Positions 1-12,137 of a stretch of DNA of 64,000 nucleotides are shown one piece after another; position 1 is the stretch's first letter; the number at the start of each line of letters is the position of its first letter. The stretch lies in assembly GCF_006345805.1 (NCBI RefSeq), contig NC_043002.1, positions 29,264,001 through 29,328,000 of the forward strand, in the 5' to 3' direction. The notes beneath the pieces are model-generated. The model was not told where the DNA came from. It worked only from the letters and a program-made list of their open reading frames with translations, and ran no database searches. The DNA comes from Octopus sinensis (lineage: Eukaryota). The position numbers and the translations under genes are program-made.

Positions 1-2
1 TC

Positions 3-320
3 AAGATAACGAAATCGAAAAGAAAACAATACGTCGGTTGACGAGAAAGCAATTTTTAAAGCCATTATGCAAACCACCTGTCGCATTTCCTATACATCGA
101 TAAAAGCTGAGCCACTAAGTTGGTTAGCCATGTAAGGCATCTAAAGACCAAATGCACACCACCTACAATCAAGTGGAGAATCGTGGAGAAATCTACGTCA
201 TATATAAACAGATCAAAGAAATGCAAGTAATGCTTAACTGAAAGAATGCATATTCCTTTTAGACCCAAGAATTCCACCACACTACTTAATTCCAGATCCG
301 AAATTTTTAACAAATACTAG
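3..320 (+). pseudogene. Penelope-like element GIY-YIG endonuclease C-terminal remnant
   Basis: Manual translation of frame +3 (absent from ORF track, has stops): YVG*RESNF*SHYANHLSHF...KLVSHVRHLKTKCTPPTIKWRIVEKSTSYINRSKKCK*CLTERMHI...TTLLNSRSEIFNKY*. This matches the PLE pattern YxG...F..RY.NH...I.W.I.....Y......C.LC..E..I......LLN.RSE. Confidence 0.75.
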
Positions 321-1439
321 AACAGAGCATGTTTCTTTAGTCGGACTAAAAGATACTTCCTTCAGCAAACTGAGTAACTATCTCACTGATTTATGCCACT
401 TTAGTTGTATTATTCTGTAACAGTTAGATTAATTATGATTTCTACAAAGAGGACGTATAGCTTGGATTTGTTTTCCTTATCTCTCTTCTCGTTCCATTTT
501 TTGCATCAAAAATGTTTTTCTTCCAGTTTTTTTCTTGTGTCTTCTCATAGACCGGCGTCCCGGTTTTCAAATAACTTTAACAGCATGTACTGAGCCTGAA
601 ATATTGCTTGGAGACATGTGACATGTTATATAAATCTACCAAATTATCGCATCTCTACAGCTTGGACCTGCTATTAGCTCTTTTTTCAATTGTGTATATT
701 AAATCTTTTCAGCGCATCATACTTAAATCAGATACAACGATGAACCCTGATGAACTACGCTATTGTCTCAAAGTGTCATCTCTTATAGACGTATAGTGTT
801 ATAAAACATAGAAGTATGTCAGAAGCCGAAGAAAATCGATCAGTAGCGGAGGTACCATTACTAAATTCACATTTCTGTTTCTTTGATCTTTGTCAATAAC
901 AAGTATTCTCTTCCAACCGCGTGCTAGGACTAAACTAGCTGCTGCTGATACAGTAAAAAAGTAATTGAAAATTCACTGATGACGGAATCTGTATATCATA
1001 CTTAAAACGGATTCATCGCTGAAAGCTTACCTAACTGCACACATATTCATTAAATACAGACATTTTAATTTTAGTAATGATTTGTTGTTTTATCTGAATA
1101 GTAAGAAGCCAATAAATGTCTGGCGGAATGGATTCTCTGATTATTTAGGACAAGAGAACAATACACCATTTTGGTTGTGTGGTGAACACATGTTTCCAGC
1201 CACGAGGATTGCTACTTTTATTAAAAATCATACACAGTTTTAAAACAGCTACGGTACTCGATGCAATTCAACGCATCCTCAATGTAAAAGTTGAACTCTT
1301 GACAAAAGCTGAAAAAATGTCACATATGCATTAATATACAAAAGTTCTTGGAGACGCTTTCATCAAATTGCAGTATAGATGTTCAAACCAATTCCAGAAT
1401 AGAGACGACAGTGATAAGTATATGTGTATGTTCGTGCGT

Positions 1440-1521
1440 TCGTGTGCGCGCACGCACACACACACACGCACACACATACACATACACACACATACATATA
1501 CATATCGATAGATAGATAGAC

Positions 1522-1552
<31 letters not shown>

Positions 1553-1696
1553 TAGATAGATAGGTAGATAGATAGATAGATAGATACATACATACATACA
1601 TACATACATACATACATACAAACATACATACATGCATACATACATACATACATACATACATACATACATACATACATAGATACATAGATACATGCA

Positions 1697-1730
<34 letters not shown>

Positions 1731-1744
1731 CATACATACATATA
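1440..1744. repeat. Compound microsatellite (CA)n/(GATA)n/(GACA)n/(CATA)n
   Basis: Directly visible; source of the spurious MYV/YVC ORFs at 1331-1811. Confidence 0.95.
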
Positions 1745-2968
1745 CAGGTTTGGCAAGAAAGTAATTTCGGCTCTTTTTAGTGTGAAATAAAAGTCTTTTT
1801 TTTTCATACAAAATATGAATTTTAATATTTATTTATTTTCCATTTTTTGTTTGATGATCTTTTGCCATCTTTCTGGCAACTTCAGGATTCTACGCTCATA
1901 GAAATTCTGGTCCTTATTAGCCAAAAGCTGAAGCAAGTGCGATTTCAGGTCATCATCATTATTGAAAGTTTTACCATTCAAAGAATTTTGCAAACTTCGA
2001 AATAAATGGTGTTCTAATAGTGCAAGGTCAGGAATATACAGTGGATGTGACATCACTTCCCAACTAAGCTCCAGTAATTTTTCACGAGTTAGCAAAGACG
2101 TGTGTGATCTAGTGTTGTTATGGTGGAACATGATTCCTTTAAGATTTGCCAATTCTGGCCGTTTCTCTTTGATTGCTTCCTCCAGTTTCATTAGTTTTTT
2201 ACAGTAAACACCTGCATTGATCGTTTGGTTCCTTGGAAGACCTTCAAAATACACAACGCCTTTATAATCCCAACAAATTGACAGTATGACCTTTTTTGAT
2301 GCAATTCAGCTTTTGATATGGTTTGTACAGGTTCCTTACTCTTAGGCCATGATAATTTTCGATTGATGTTATCGTAGACAATCCATTTTTCATCACCAGT
2401 GCGATTTGAAATGCATATCGCAAATATTGATTCTTTGTGTTAAGTGAATCTCTTTCAATTTATGTGAAACCCAAATAATCGAGCTTCTTAACGGTTCCAA
2501 GCTATTTTAATTGATTCTCAATTGTTGTGTGTGATACATTTAACCTCTCTGCAATCTCTCGCACAGCTATATGACAATTAGATTTAATTATGGCTTTGAT
2601 TATGTCGTGATCAACTTCAGTAGGTCGACCAGAACGTTGGACATCTTTGAGAGAAACATTTCCAGAACTGAATTTTCTTATCCATTACTGATATGTGCGT
2701 TCTGTTAAGCAATCAACACCAAAACTTCACATATTTCTTTGTGAGCCTCAGCAACTTTCTTGCTTTTACGTGGAAAAAAATATTGCGAAATTGTTCGTTC
2801 TTGCACTCCCTGTTAAAATTGACACTGAACTAACAGCTGTAAACAAAATTACGCGCAATTTGCTTCTGAAGTAAGCTAAAAGTAACGACTATCAAATGTC
2901 AAAAGTAAAAAATCATAACATTGGCAAAAGTCATTTAAAAGAAATCGAAACTCTATTTGCCAACCCAA
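1745..2968 (-). mobile_element. Decayed mariner (D,D34D-type) DNA transposon
   Basis: Degenerate TIRs CAGGTTTGGCAAGAAAGTAATTTCGG (1745) and reverse complement of GAAATCGAAACTCTATTTGCCAACCCAA (to 2968), each flanked by TA. Minus-strand transposase remnants from the N-terminal HTH (WIRKFSSGNVSLKDVQRSGRP) to the C-terminus. Confidence 0.9.
1829..2254 (-). pseudogene. Mariner transposase catalytic C-terminal fragment
   Basis: HHNNTRSH (canonical HDNARPH) and YIPDLALLEHHLFRSL (canonical YSPDLAPSDYHLFRSL); catalytic aspartates mutated. Confidence 0.9.
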
Positions 2969-2979
2969 TATGTGTGTGT

Positions 2980-3026
<47 letters not shown>

Positions 3027-3737
3027 ATGAATGTATGTCATATAAATATTTAATATACATAATATATATAAGCATATGCTCAAATCTATCTGTCTATCTA
3101 TTTATCTATGCGCATACATGCATACACACATGCGCGCACGCAAACACACATAAACGAATGTAAGTTATAAATTTATAACTATCTCTATGTGTGTATAAAA
3201 AAACCCCACTGATTTCCCATTATTAACCAACAACTTAAACCTTTCAATGCTCGTTATTCTATCGGTTTTCCATTAGTTTTCAAAAACATCCATCCGTTTA
3301 ACTTCTTCTGTATTGTACAATCACACATCAAACACTATAACACATAAAAATTAGGATCAATAGCGACACACACAAAACACAGACCTACTCATATACGCGC
3401 CAAACAGTCAGTTACTAGCGGAGGGATACATCTATTTTACGAGCCCCTGTTTACTGTGTTTAGTCTGTGCAGGGAAACATACAGCTCAACATGGGGTCTA
3501 TATTATTAGAAGAGACATCAAAAATACTCGTAAGTTCCTTCATCAATGGACGTCATAGGGAATTATAATGCCAGTTTCATCGTATAAACGTGCCTAGGAA
3601 GTGGAGGGTTGTGTTATGCAATGTGCACTGTTTCGGTGGAGTGTAAGACACACTTGAATTTCAAACAAAGATCTCTGTTATAGTGATAGAGCAACGCCAT
3701 TTTTAATTACTCGGTTTAAATAGTTACAAATCATGGT

Positions 3738-3809
3738 AGCAGAGTGATACAGGGGAAGCGTGCTGCACCCATAACCCAGTCGCCCTTAGGTTGAAACTAC
3801 GCTCTGCTA
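3738..3809 (+). tRNA. Initiator tRNA-Met(CAT) pseudogene
   Basis: 72 nt AGCAGAGTGATACAGGGGAAGCGTGCTGCACCCATAACCCAGTCGCCCTTAGGTTGAAACTACGCTCTGCTA, colinear with metazoan tRNAi-Met as recalled. Perfect acceptor stem AGCAGAG/CTCTGCT, anticodon CAT at 3770-3772; D, anticodon and T stems carry mismatches. Confidence 0.75.
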
Positions 3810-4161
3810 TTGCCTCCTAACTTGCCAATAAATAATCCTCAATATCTGCCTAGGTATTTCTCATAATCACACACACAAACTCGCACACACAAACCCGCAC
3901 ACACAATCTTTTATACTTTTACTTATTTCAGTCATTTAACTGCGGTCATGCTAAAGCACCGTCTTTAGTCGAGCAAATCGACCTCAGGACTTATTTTTTT
4001 GTAAGCCTTATACTTATTCTATCAGGGACATGAACACACCGACATCGGTTGTCAAGCGATGGTGGTGGGAGGGACAGAGACACACAAACAATATATATAT
4101 ATATATATATAACATTATTGGTGAATTGAAGCTGAACGCAGATTGAACAGAAATCGTTTTA

Positions 4162-4248
4162 TTCATTCTAACGTGTTTCGAAAGGCACAAATTACCAAAA
4201 TCCGATTGAATAATGGGACCATATTGTGTCTTTCTCTTCAGGAAGAAA
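4162..4248 (-). ncRNA. Mirror copy of family 1 hammerhead, stem III apparently damaged
   Basis: Minus strand reads CTGAAGA...GAAACACGTTAG, lacking one G relative to the plus copy (mutation or sequencing indel). Confidence 0.6.
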
Positions 4249-4333
4249 AAAGGAAATCCGTTGGAAAAAACAAAAACAGACCAGAGGCAGAGCTCTGCCT
4301 CTGTTCTGTTTTTGTTTTTCCAACGGATTTCTT

Positions 4334-4422
4334 TTTCTTCCTGAAGAGAAAGACACAATATGGTCCCATTATTCAATCGGATTTTGGTAATTTGTGCCTT
4401 TCGAAACACGTGTAGAATGAAA
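4334..4422 (+). ncRNA. Type I hammerhead ribozyme, family 1
   Basis: Stem I TTTCTTC 4334-40 / GAA(T)GAAA 4415-22; CTGAAGA 4341-47; stem II GAAAGACACAA 4348-58 / TTGTGCCTTTC 4392-4402; GAAA 4403-06; stem III AC-ACGT-GT; cleavage triplet GUA with site after 4414. Confidence 0.85.
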
Positions 4423-4630
4423 TAAAACGATTTCTGTTCAATCTGCGTTCAGCTCCATTTCTTCAATTCACCAATAATGTTTAATTTCAATTATCCGCAC
4501 CAACGCACGTTTGCAACGCCAGATGGTTGTACCTCCAACCGTGCTGTTCACTGCTGTGATTTTTGCTACTAAGGTATCGGTTAAACTTTGATTAATCTAC
4601 TACAAGATTATTCATCTTTCTATTTCACAT

Positions 4631-4661
<31 letters not shown>

Positions 4662-5259
4662 TATATAATATATATATATATATACGACGGGCTTCTTAAG
4701 TTTCGCCTACCAAATCCACTCACAAGGCTTTGGTCAGTCCAAGTGTCACGCAGTGTAACTGAACCCGGTACTATGTGGTTGGAAAGCAAGCTTCTTACCA
4801 CTCAGCTACTCATGCGCCTATATATATATATAAATATATATATATAGCATTTTTAATAATTAATTAATTAATTTTACACTTTTATTATTATGGTAAGAGT
4901 ATATGTGAGTGTGTGTGCGTGTATGTTTGTGTGTGTATAAGTACTCCTATTTCTGCACCAATCATTCCCCCTTTCTCTTCTTCTCTCACTTTCACATACA
5001 CATACACACACACACACACAAAACTCTCTCTCTCTCTCTCTCCCCTTTTCCTCATATGTTACTATCTGACACGTTCTTGTCTCTCCCTCTCCCTCTCTCC
5101 CTTTTCCCTTCCTTCAATACTGCTATCAGTCATGCTCTTTTCCCTTCCCTCTCTGTTTCTCTCTACTCTCTGCCAATTTTTTCTCTTCATACAACTGATA
5201 TGTGACTTGTGGTCATTGTCTAATCTCCTTCTTTTCCCGACCACCTGACATACCAAGCG

Positions 5260-5720
5260 GTCACATTTTCTCGTCTCTCGCTCTATTCCACCTTTCGCAG
5301 TCTCTGTTAAATCCTTCAGGATATTCTACGAGCGTTTGACTATTTTCCCGTCTCCTGCCTGGCGTTAGGGCCTTACTTTGTTCGTTTATTTATATCATTT
5401 CGTTTGTATGCCCACAGTCATGTTTCTTTCCTTCTCTGTCCCTCGTACATCCATTAATTGTCTCGTTTGGGATTATATTTATCCTCCATTTGCATGTTGT
5501 CTGTATCGCATTCTTGTCTGTTTGTACATATTTTATCTTGCTTCTTGTTTATTTGGCTCGCCAATCCCCGCGCCGTTTGCCGTCGTCCTCACAAGTTGGG
5601 GGTGCAATATTATCGGTTAGGCGCGAAATTGTGAGTGATCCACTGGCTGATTACTGATGAGGATTTAGCGAGCATCTATGTCTGTTACCCGTTTGTTTGC
5701 GCATTTCTTATATGGGTTTT
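5260..5720 (+). repeat. Interspersed repeat related to 41700-42100, probably a LINE 3' UTR
   Basis: Shared blocks such as TTTCGCAGTCT, AGGATAT and GGC(G/A)CGAAATTG followed by GATGAGG. Confidence 0.4.
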
Positions 5721-5929
5721 AACTCATGATATATATTATATATATATATATAGGGAGAATTCACAAAAAGAAACAAAAGACGAAGACAGGTGGTGTAGAA
5801 AACAAGCAGATGTATTAGTATAACGCTCGGGAATTGAAAAAAGTCTCTAACCTTTCGAGCCTACGCTTTTCTACAGAAAGGAACACAGAAAGAAACAAGG
5901 AGAGAAACAATACATACATACGTATATAT

Positions 5930-6137
5930 CAAAGGACGGTTTCCTGGATTCTGTGGTGTATGTATTACCCTGCCTTGGACGGGTCGTAGGACTATATTCA
6001 TTTTTGCCAACCCAACCAAGTGGACAGTAACACGAAAGAAGTGTTTCGCTTAAGAACACAACGCCTGTCCCAGGAATCGAAACCGCAATCTTACGATCAT
6101 GAGTCTAACACCCTAACCACTAAGCCACGCGCCCCCA
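5930..6137 (-). mobile_element. tRNA-derived SINE, family D
   Basis: Minus-strand head GTGGCTTAGTGGTTAGG (A box) and GGTTTCGATTCC (B box), followed by GTTGTGTTCTTAAGCGAAACACTT. Confidence 0.75.
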
Positions 6138-7219
6138 CGCATGCACACGCCCGCACGCACACTCACACACATACACTCACACATATGTAGATGCAGACAT
6201 GCACACCTGCCCACATACGTGTTGACGTCCTTGAGTAGAGAGAACATCTTTTGGCGTTATTTAGTTGCACTTTAATATTTAATATGTGAAATCTCCAGTA
6301 GATATCCCATAAAAAAGTTTGTTTAGATAAGCCCCTTTGCTATCTCCCAATGATTGATCTGATGCTCCATTTATTATTTTAAACAATCTTGTTCATGTTG
6401 TTCTCTTGGATGTCCATACTCTTCTAAAATGTTACACCATACTAGCTCTTAATGGTAAAATCTTTGTCGTGGTATAATAGATTTATGTTGTTTTTTAAGT
6501 CAAATATTCATGAAAGCTTTTCATAACGACTAATTCTTTGTGTTTTAGGATGACGTGTTTTTAAAGGCCTGTGATTTCTGTGATTCCATGTACTTAGAAT
6601 TATACTTGTATGTTGTATTTCTGGAATATTTGCCCATTTTAAGCGGTTTAGATTGGAGGATGATAATATTGCCTAATGGACTTTACTGGCCTTTTAGGAC
6701 TTCTGGGATTAATATGATTTGATGCTCAGTTTGTATAACATTATGCATGTGAAGAGGAGAAATGCAGAACTTGCCTGGTGGGCTTTCAAAGAGGCGTGGT
6801 AGAGGCCAATGCTGGAGTAGGAGAAACAGCAGCTTGAAGGGACAGCATAATCGTCTAAGACGATCATATATTACATAATGCGATCATTATCGCAGGCTTG
6901 ATTTCGGTGGGATTTAAAATCAGAATTCGGAAAACCGTAATATACAAGTTGCGTTCAAAAGGTATCCGACTTTAATTTTTCCGTCAAGAACAATGCTTCA
7001 TGGTATGTTTGTATACCGCATGGTATTGTAAACATGTGGTTCCAACGAGCCTGTCAATTCGCACTACTAGATTTGGCAATGATGAATTAATTCTTAAAGG
7101 TTTGCAGTTATATAACCTTATGATCGGAATCTCGCTGTCGCTAGCAAAGTTCACCCTGTAAAGGAGATAGATAACAAGACATAATAGTTACAAATTTTGG
7201 TACAAAAGGTGGGGGCAAT

Positions 7220-7595
7220 AAGACGAATGCATTGACACCAGAGCTAAATGGGCTTCATTTATCGACTCCGAAAGGATGAAAGGCAAAATCAATCCCGGCG
7301 GAATTTTAACACAGAACGTAAATACGGACGAAATACCGTCAGGCATTTTGACCGGTGAGCTAACCATTCTACCAGCTCGCTGCTTTAACTACCATACGCA
7401 ATAATCCTTTCTACTATAGGCACGTGGCCTGAAATTTGGGGTGGGTGTTAGTCGATTACATCAACCACAGTGATTAATTTGTCGACCTCAAAAGAATGAT
7501 AGGCAAAGTATCCATTGGCGGGATTTGAACTCAGAACGTAAAGACGAATGAAATAACGCCCGGCGTACAAAAGATTCCGCCTGCTTGCCACCTTA
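7220..7595 (-). mobile_element. Two tandem decayed tRNA-derived SINEs, family A
   Basis: Family hallmark CCCGAAAGGATGAAAGGCAAAGT...GAATTTGAACTCAGAACGT, repeated many times in the window. Confidence 0.8.
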
Positions 7596-8217
7596 GCAAC
7601 CAGACATAATAATAAGCAGGAAAATTTCCAATCCAACCGCAAAAAGACAAAAAAAAAAAAACAGTTGCTCTGACCTTGTGCCAAAGAAATTATTATTATT
7701 ATAGCTATTTTGGCAATGCAATCTTTAGTTTTTTTTTTAACTCACTATGTGATATCAATGCCAATATTGTCTTTTCTTTGCCTTCAGTAACTCGATCGTA
7801 TCACATGTTTATCTTATATTTACTTTAATTATCTGGGGTTCATTCATACATACTTATACATATACAAAAATGTGGAGGCACACACACAAACACAAACAAG
7901 CACAACACAACACACACACACACGCACAAGCATACACACACATGCAGTTACATATACACGCATATACACAACCTTTTGTTGTTTTATCGTTTTTATTATG
8001 TTAATTTGATCCCTTTATCTCTGTTTTCTTTATTTTATTTTCGTTTATGGTTATTTAATTTTTTGCATATTTTTCTCTCTTTTTCTTCTATGTCTGAAGA
8101 TTATATAGATGTGGATGTTTTTGCGTATATAACGTTTGACGTATGGCGAATGTATGTATATAAGATTTTTCTACAAGCATATATGCATACATACGTAATA
8201 TATACATAAATACATAC

Positions 8218-8310
<93 letters not shown>

Positions 8311-9475
8311 CATACATTTGTGTGTGTGTGAGTGTATGTGTGTGTGGGCGCGTATGTGTGTGTTCTGTCACATCTCATCTCCATAAACATATTGAAACAG
8401 CAACGCCCGAAATCATCTAAAACCATATCAGTATGGGAAATATATGACTGGAGAATGAAATGAATGAGTGGGTGTTGGTTTAGGTTTCTAGAGAAAAAAA
8501 CTGACATTGTGATAACAGCATTGGGTGATGTGTGTAATAGCTGTAATAAGGCAATTGAGTTGTTGTTTTTGTTGCTGTTATTGTTGTTGTTTTTGGTCCT
8601 TTGGTAATGCAAACTGAATAAATCTATGTTCAAAGAAATCCAAATTAGAATCGTTATGCATTCTTTGTCAGACATCTTAATACCAAGGACTGCATAATTC
8701 ACTTTCTCGTGGCTCAACATGTATATCTTAAATGATGAAGCTTAAAGGAAATTATGCCCTATATATATATATATTTATACATATATGTTGAGTCTGGAAA
8801 AATCGGCATTACTCAGAACAAGCAGCAGCGGTGTTCGTAGGTAAATATAACATGATATAAACTGAATGTATAGTCATATTGCTACATGACATAATTTGTG
8901 AATTTGTATCTTCATATCAACAATTGAAAGGAAACAGGGTTGAAATACCCACTTATGATGGTAAAAGTACCCACTCTTGCCCCACTAGCCATACAAACCC
9001 TTGCACCTTTTCCTAATGGATTTTGTGGTTTTCGTCATTGTATACAATTTTGTTCCAGTTGTTTTCAAATTTGGTATATGGATTCAGTTTTGTATACTAA
9101 TCATGAAAAAGAAATTTATTTTCTCTATAAATCCATAATAAAAAGTTATTAGCATTTAAAATGTGCAAAACTTGTGTATTTTAGCCAACTAGAAGCGAGT
9201 AGTTTATATATCACCGTGGCAAGAAACTCTCTTTCCATAATAAGCAAAGATTTTGTGCATACGCACAATGGGAAGGAAATATGAGAAAGATAATCTTCTA
9301 CTATAATAATATTTTTGTGTTTTTCTCCGTCAAAACATATGAAAAGAGAAAGGAAGGGGGAGATAGATGAATAACGAAGGAAGGGGTAATAGCAAACTGG
9401 TAATGAGAGCGTTTCAACTCTGTGTGAGTATATGTGTGTGTATGTAAAAGAAGGTATATGAAAGTTTGTTTGTTT

Positions 9476-9516
<41 letters not shown>

Positions 9517-10537
9517 GGAAGTGGAACGGTGAACTTTCAATGCTGGAAAGAAAACTCAAACAGCGTTTCAACTGTTCTTTCAGTAACAAACGATGATCGA
9601 TGTCACATCTCAAAAGACAACCACTAGATAACATTGACAAGTGTATTAATTTGATATACCATCCATATTTATATACAAATTACTATAACTAGCTGTCCTT
9701 TTTGACGGCATGAGGCCAGCTAGCTTATTCTATAAAATCCTAGAATGTATTGCAAAATTTCGTTTTTAAATTTTAAAAACTAATATACGTCTGTTTTAAA
9801 CAATGTTTTGAATGTTATTTCTAGTAACTCCAGTTGGTTTGTTTGTTCGTTCGACGCTTTTAAATATTCAATTTGCTCGCGAATGTTTTAATGTTAGCTT
9901 CATTCGTGTATATTTTAATGTTTTGACTGTTATTTGTTCCCCGATGATAGAAGAGGCAGCGAACGTACTGTTTTCTGAAAATTCTAAAAAATTATCAAAT
10001 TTGAACACCTGTAATAATTTTGCAAAATTTTTCTGGAATTAATGAATAACAAATACGGATTCAACGTCAAAAATTACATTTATATGTTACGTTAAAAATT
10101 TTTCTGTAAGATAATTTGTAAACAGTGACGAAAACTACAAAGATCCTGCATAATAACTAGATACCCTACTCAAACTATCAATCCCCTGTATTAGAATAAT
10201 GAAATAACACCGTGTCTGCTTAGCAATCACGGTAGATAATTGTTATTCAGCTATGCCGATTGCAAATTGGGTAATAAGGCAGTCCTCTGCAACGTTCACA
10301 CAAATGAAGAACAAACATGATATGTGTCTACGCATTCTTAAGTACACGTTTGAAAAGGAATATCTCAACAGACCAGTGTAACGTCTACGTTGTACACACA
10401 GATATCTAATTAATCATATAAAGTTACTCATATGCAACATTCTCATGCATGTGTGCACTAGTAAGTTTAATATACGGATTTCAGCCCGGAGGTACAAACA
10501 ATGCACTATATCATCAAAAATTTGTTCTGTCTATCTT

Positions 10538-10620
<83 letters not shown>

Positions 10621-10635
10621 TTATTATATAGAAGG

Positions 10636-10686
10636 AGCTTCTACAGGACTAGAACTGTTTCATTCAAGAGAAATCTTCAGGAAGCT
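10636..10686 (-). ncRNA. Type I hammerhead ribozyme, family 2
   Basis: Minus strand AGCTTC CTGAAGA TTTCTCTTGAAT GAAA CAG TTCTAGTC CTGT A GAAGCT: 6-bp stem I, 4-bp stem III, GUA triplet, short stem II closed by U-U. Confidence 0.75.
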
Positions 10687-10945
10687 AGTTAACAAGAATT
10701 GTATTGGCATTTATACATTTAGGCAGGTTTAAAGGGGTGTTGGTGGGGGACTTTTTTGGGGGTAGGCATAGCGCAAAAAATCATACTTGGGGGAGTGGTC
10801 AAGGAGTCAGTGTAAAATTAGATAGGAGAATAAATAAAAAATAAAAAATAAAAAATAAAAAATAAAAAATAAAAAATAGAAAATAAAAAATAAAAAAATA
10901 TAAAAAAATATAAAAAAATAAAAAAATAATAAAAATAAAAAATAA

Positions 10946-10987
<42 letters not shown>

Positions 10988-11837
10988 GGGGGAATAGAGT
11001 TTTAGGTAAATAAGGAGATTCTCACTTATACCTCTACACATACACACATATATACACTCACACATACATATACATATCTACACATACACATATATATGTA
11101 TACATACACACACTCACTTGCATACACGTATACACACATGTATATATACACACACGACCACACATACATATACACACAGAAAAATATATATATACACATA
11201 CACACACATACTCACATACACGCATACACACACAAATCCATACACACACATGCACACACAGCACACAAGTCCCTATATACACATATATACACATACACAC
11301 ATATATATATACACCCACACATACACATACATACACATATATATACATACATACACATACATATACACATATATATACATACACATATATATATATATAC
11401 ACATATATATACATATGTGTACCCATGCATACCTACACATACACACATATATATATACATATACAAATACAGACCCATTCCCTAATTTTAATTTTATTAT
11501 CTTCGTTTATTACTTTTGTTATCTTTGGCCGCTTGGTCACAAACATCTTGGCTATGACAGCCAGACCATTTATCCGTCTACTGGAAAACAATTACTCATT
11601 CACTCACGCACACTCTTTAGCACGTACACTCACTCATTCGTACACTCATACGCATACACGCACGCACGCGTTATATTCATACATACATACATCTACATGC
11701 ATTCACGTATATACACATACGTACGCGTACCTACAGATTCATGTCTACACTCTTAGAAGGCTAGTCTATACATATACACCAATAAATATAAATACACACA
11801 CACACATGTACACCTACATACAAATACATACATGTAC

Positions 11838-11878
<41 letters not shown>

Positions 11879-11972
11879 CGCGTACCTACAGATTCATGTC
11901 TACACTCTTAGAAGGCTAGTCTATACATATACACCCATAAATATAAATACACACACATACATATATACATAT

Positions 11973-12137
<165 letters not shown>

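Larger units (their letters stand above)
4111..4630 (+). mobile_element. Non-coding Penelope-like terminal-repeat insert with about 185-bp fold-back
   Basis: Arms 4111-4292 and 4293-4481 are reverse complements centred on GAGCTC with no spacer; unique tail to 4630; (TA)n on both sides; contains hammerheads. Confidence 0.7.
3915..4820 (-). mobile_element. tRNA-derived SINE, family B, split at its internal (TA)n tract by the 4111-4630 insert
   Basis: 3915-4090 and 4684-4820 together match the uninterrupted copies at 15352-15745 and 30828-31210. Confidence 0.8.

Noticed and set aside
608-1243. Frame +2 with fewer stops than expected (KKPINVWRNGFSDYLGQE...)
   Set aside because: Still about 7 stops and no motif I recognise; would need a translated search.
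4014-4415. Opposite-strand ORFs with nearly the same peptide
   Set aside because: A by-product of the DNA palindrome; no recognisable protein motif.
6400-6760. Faint minus-strand LINE RT-like peptide (NTTYKYNSK)
   Set aside because: Too degenerate to call without an HMM search.
8088-8720. 210-aa minus-strand ORF
   Set aside because: Half is microsatellite and the remainder has no recognisable homology.
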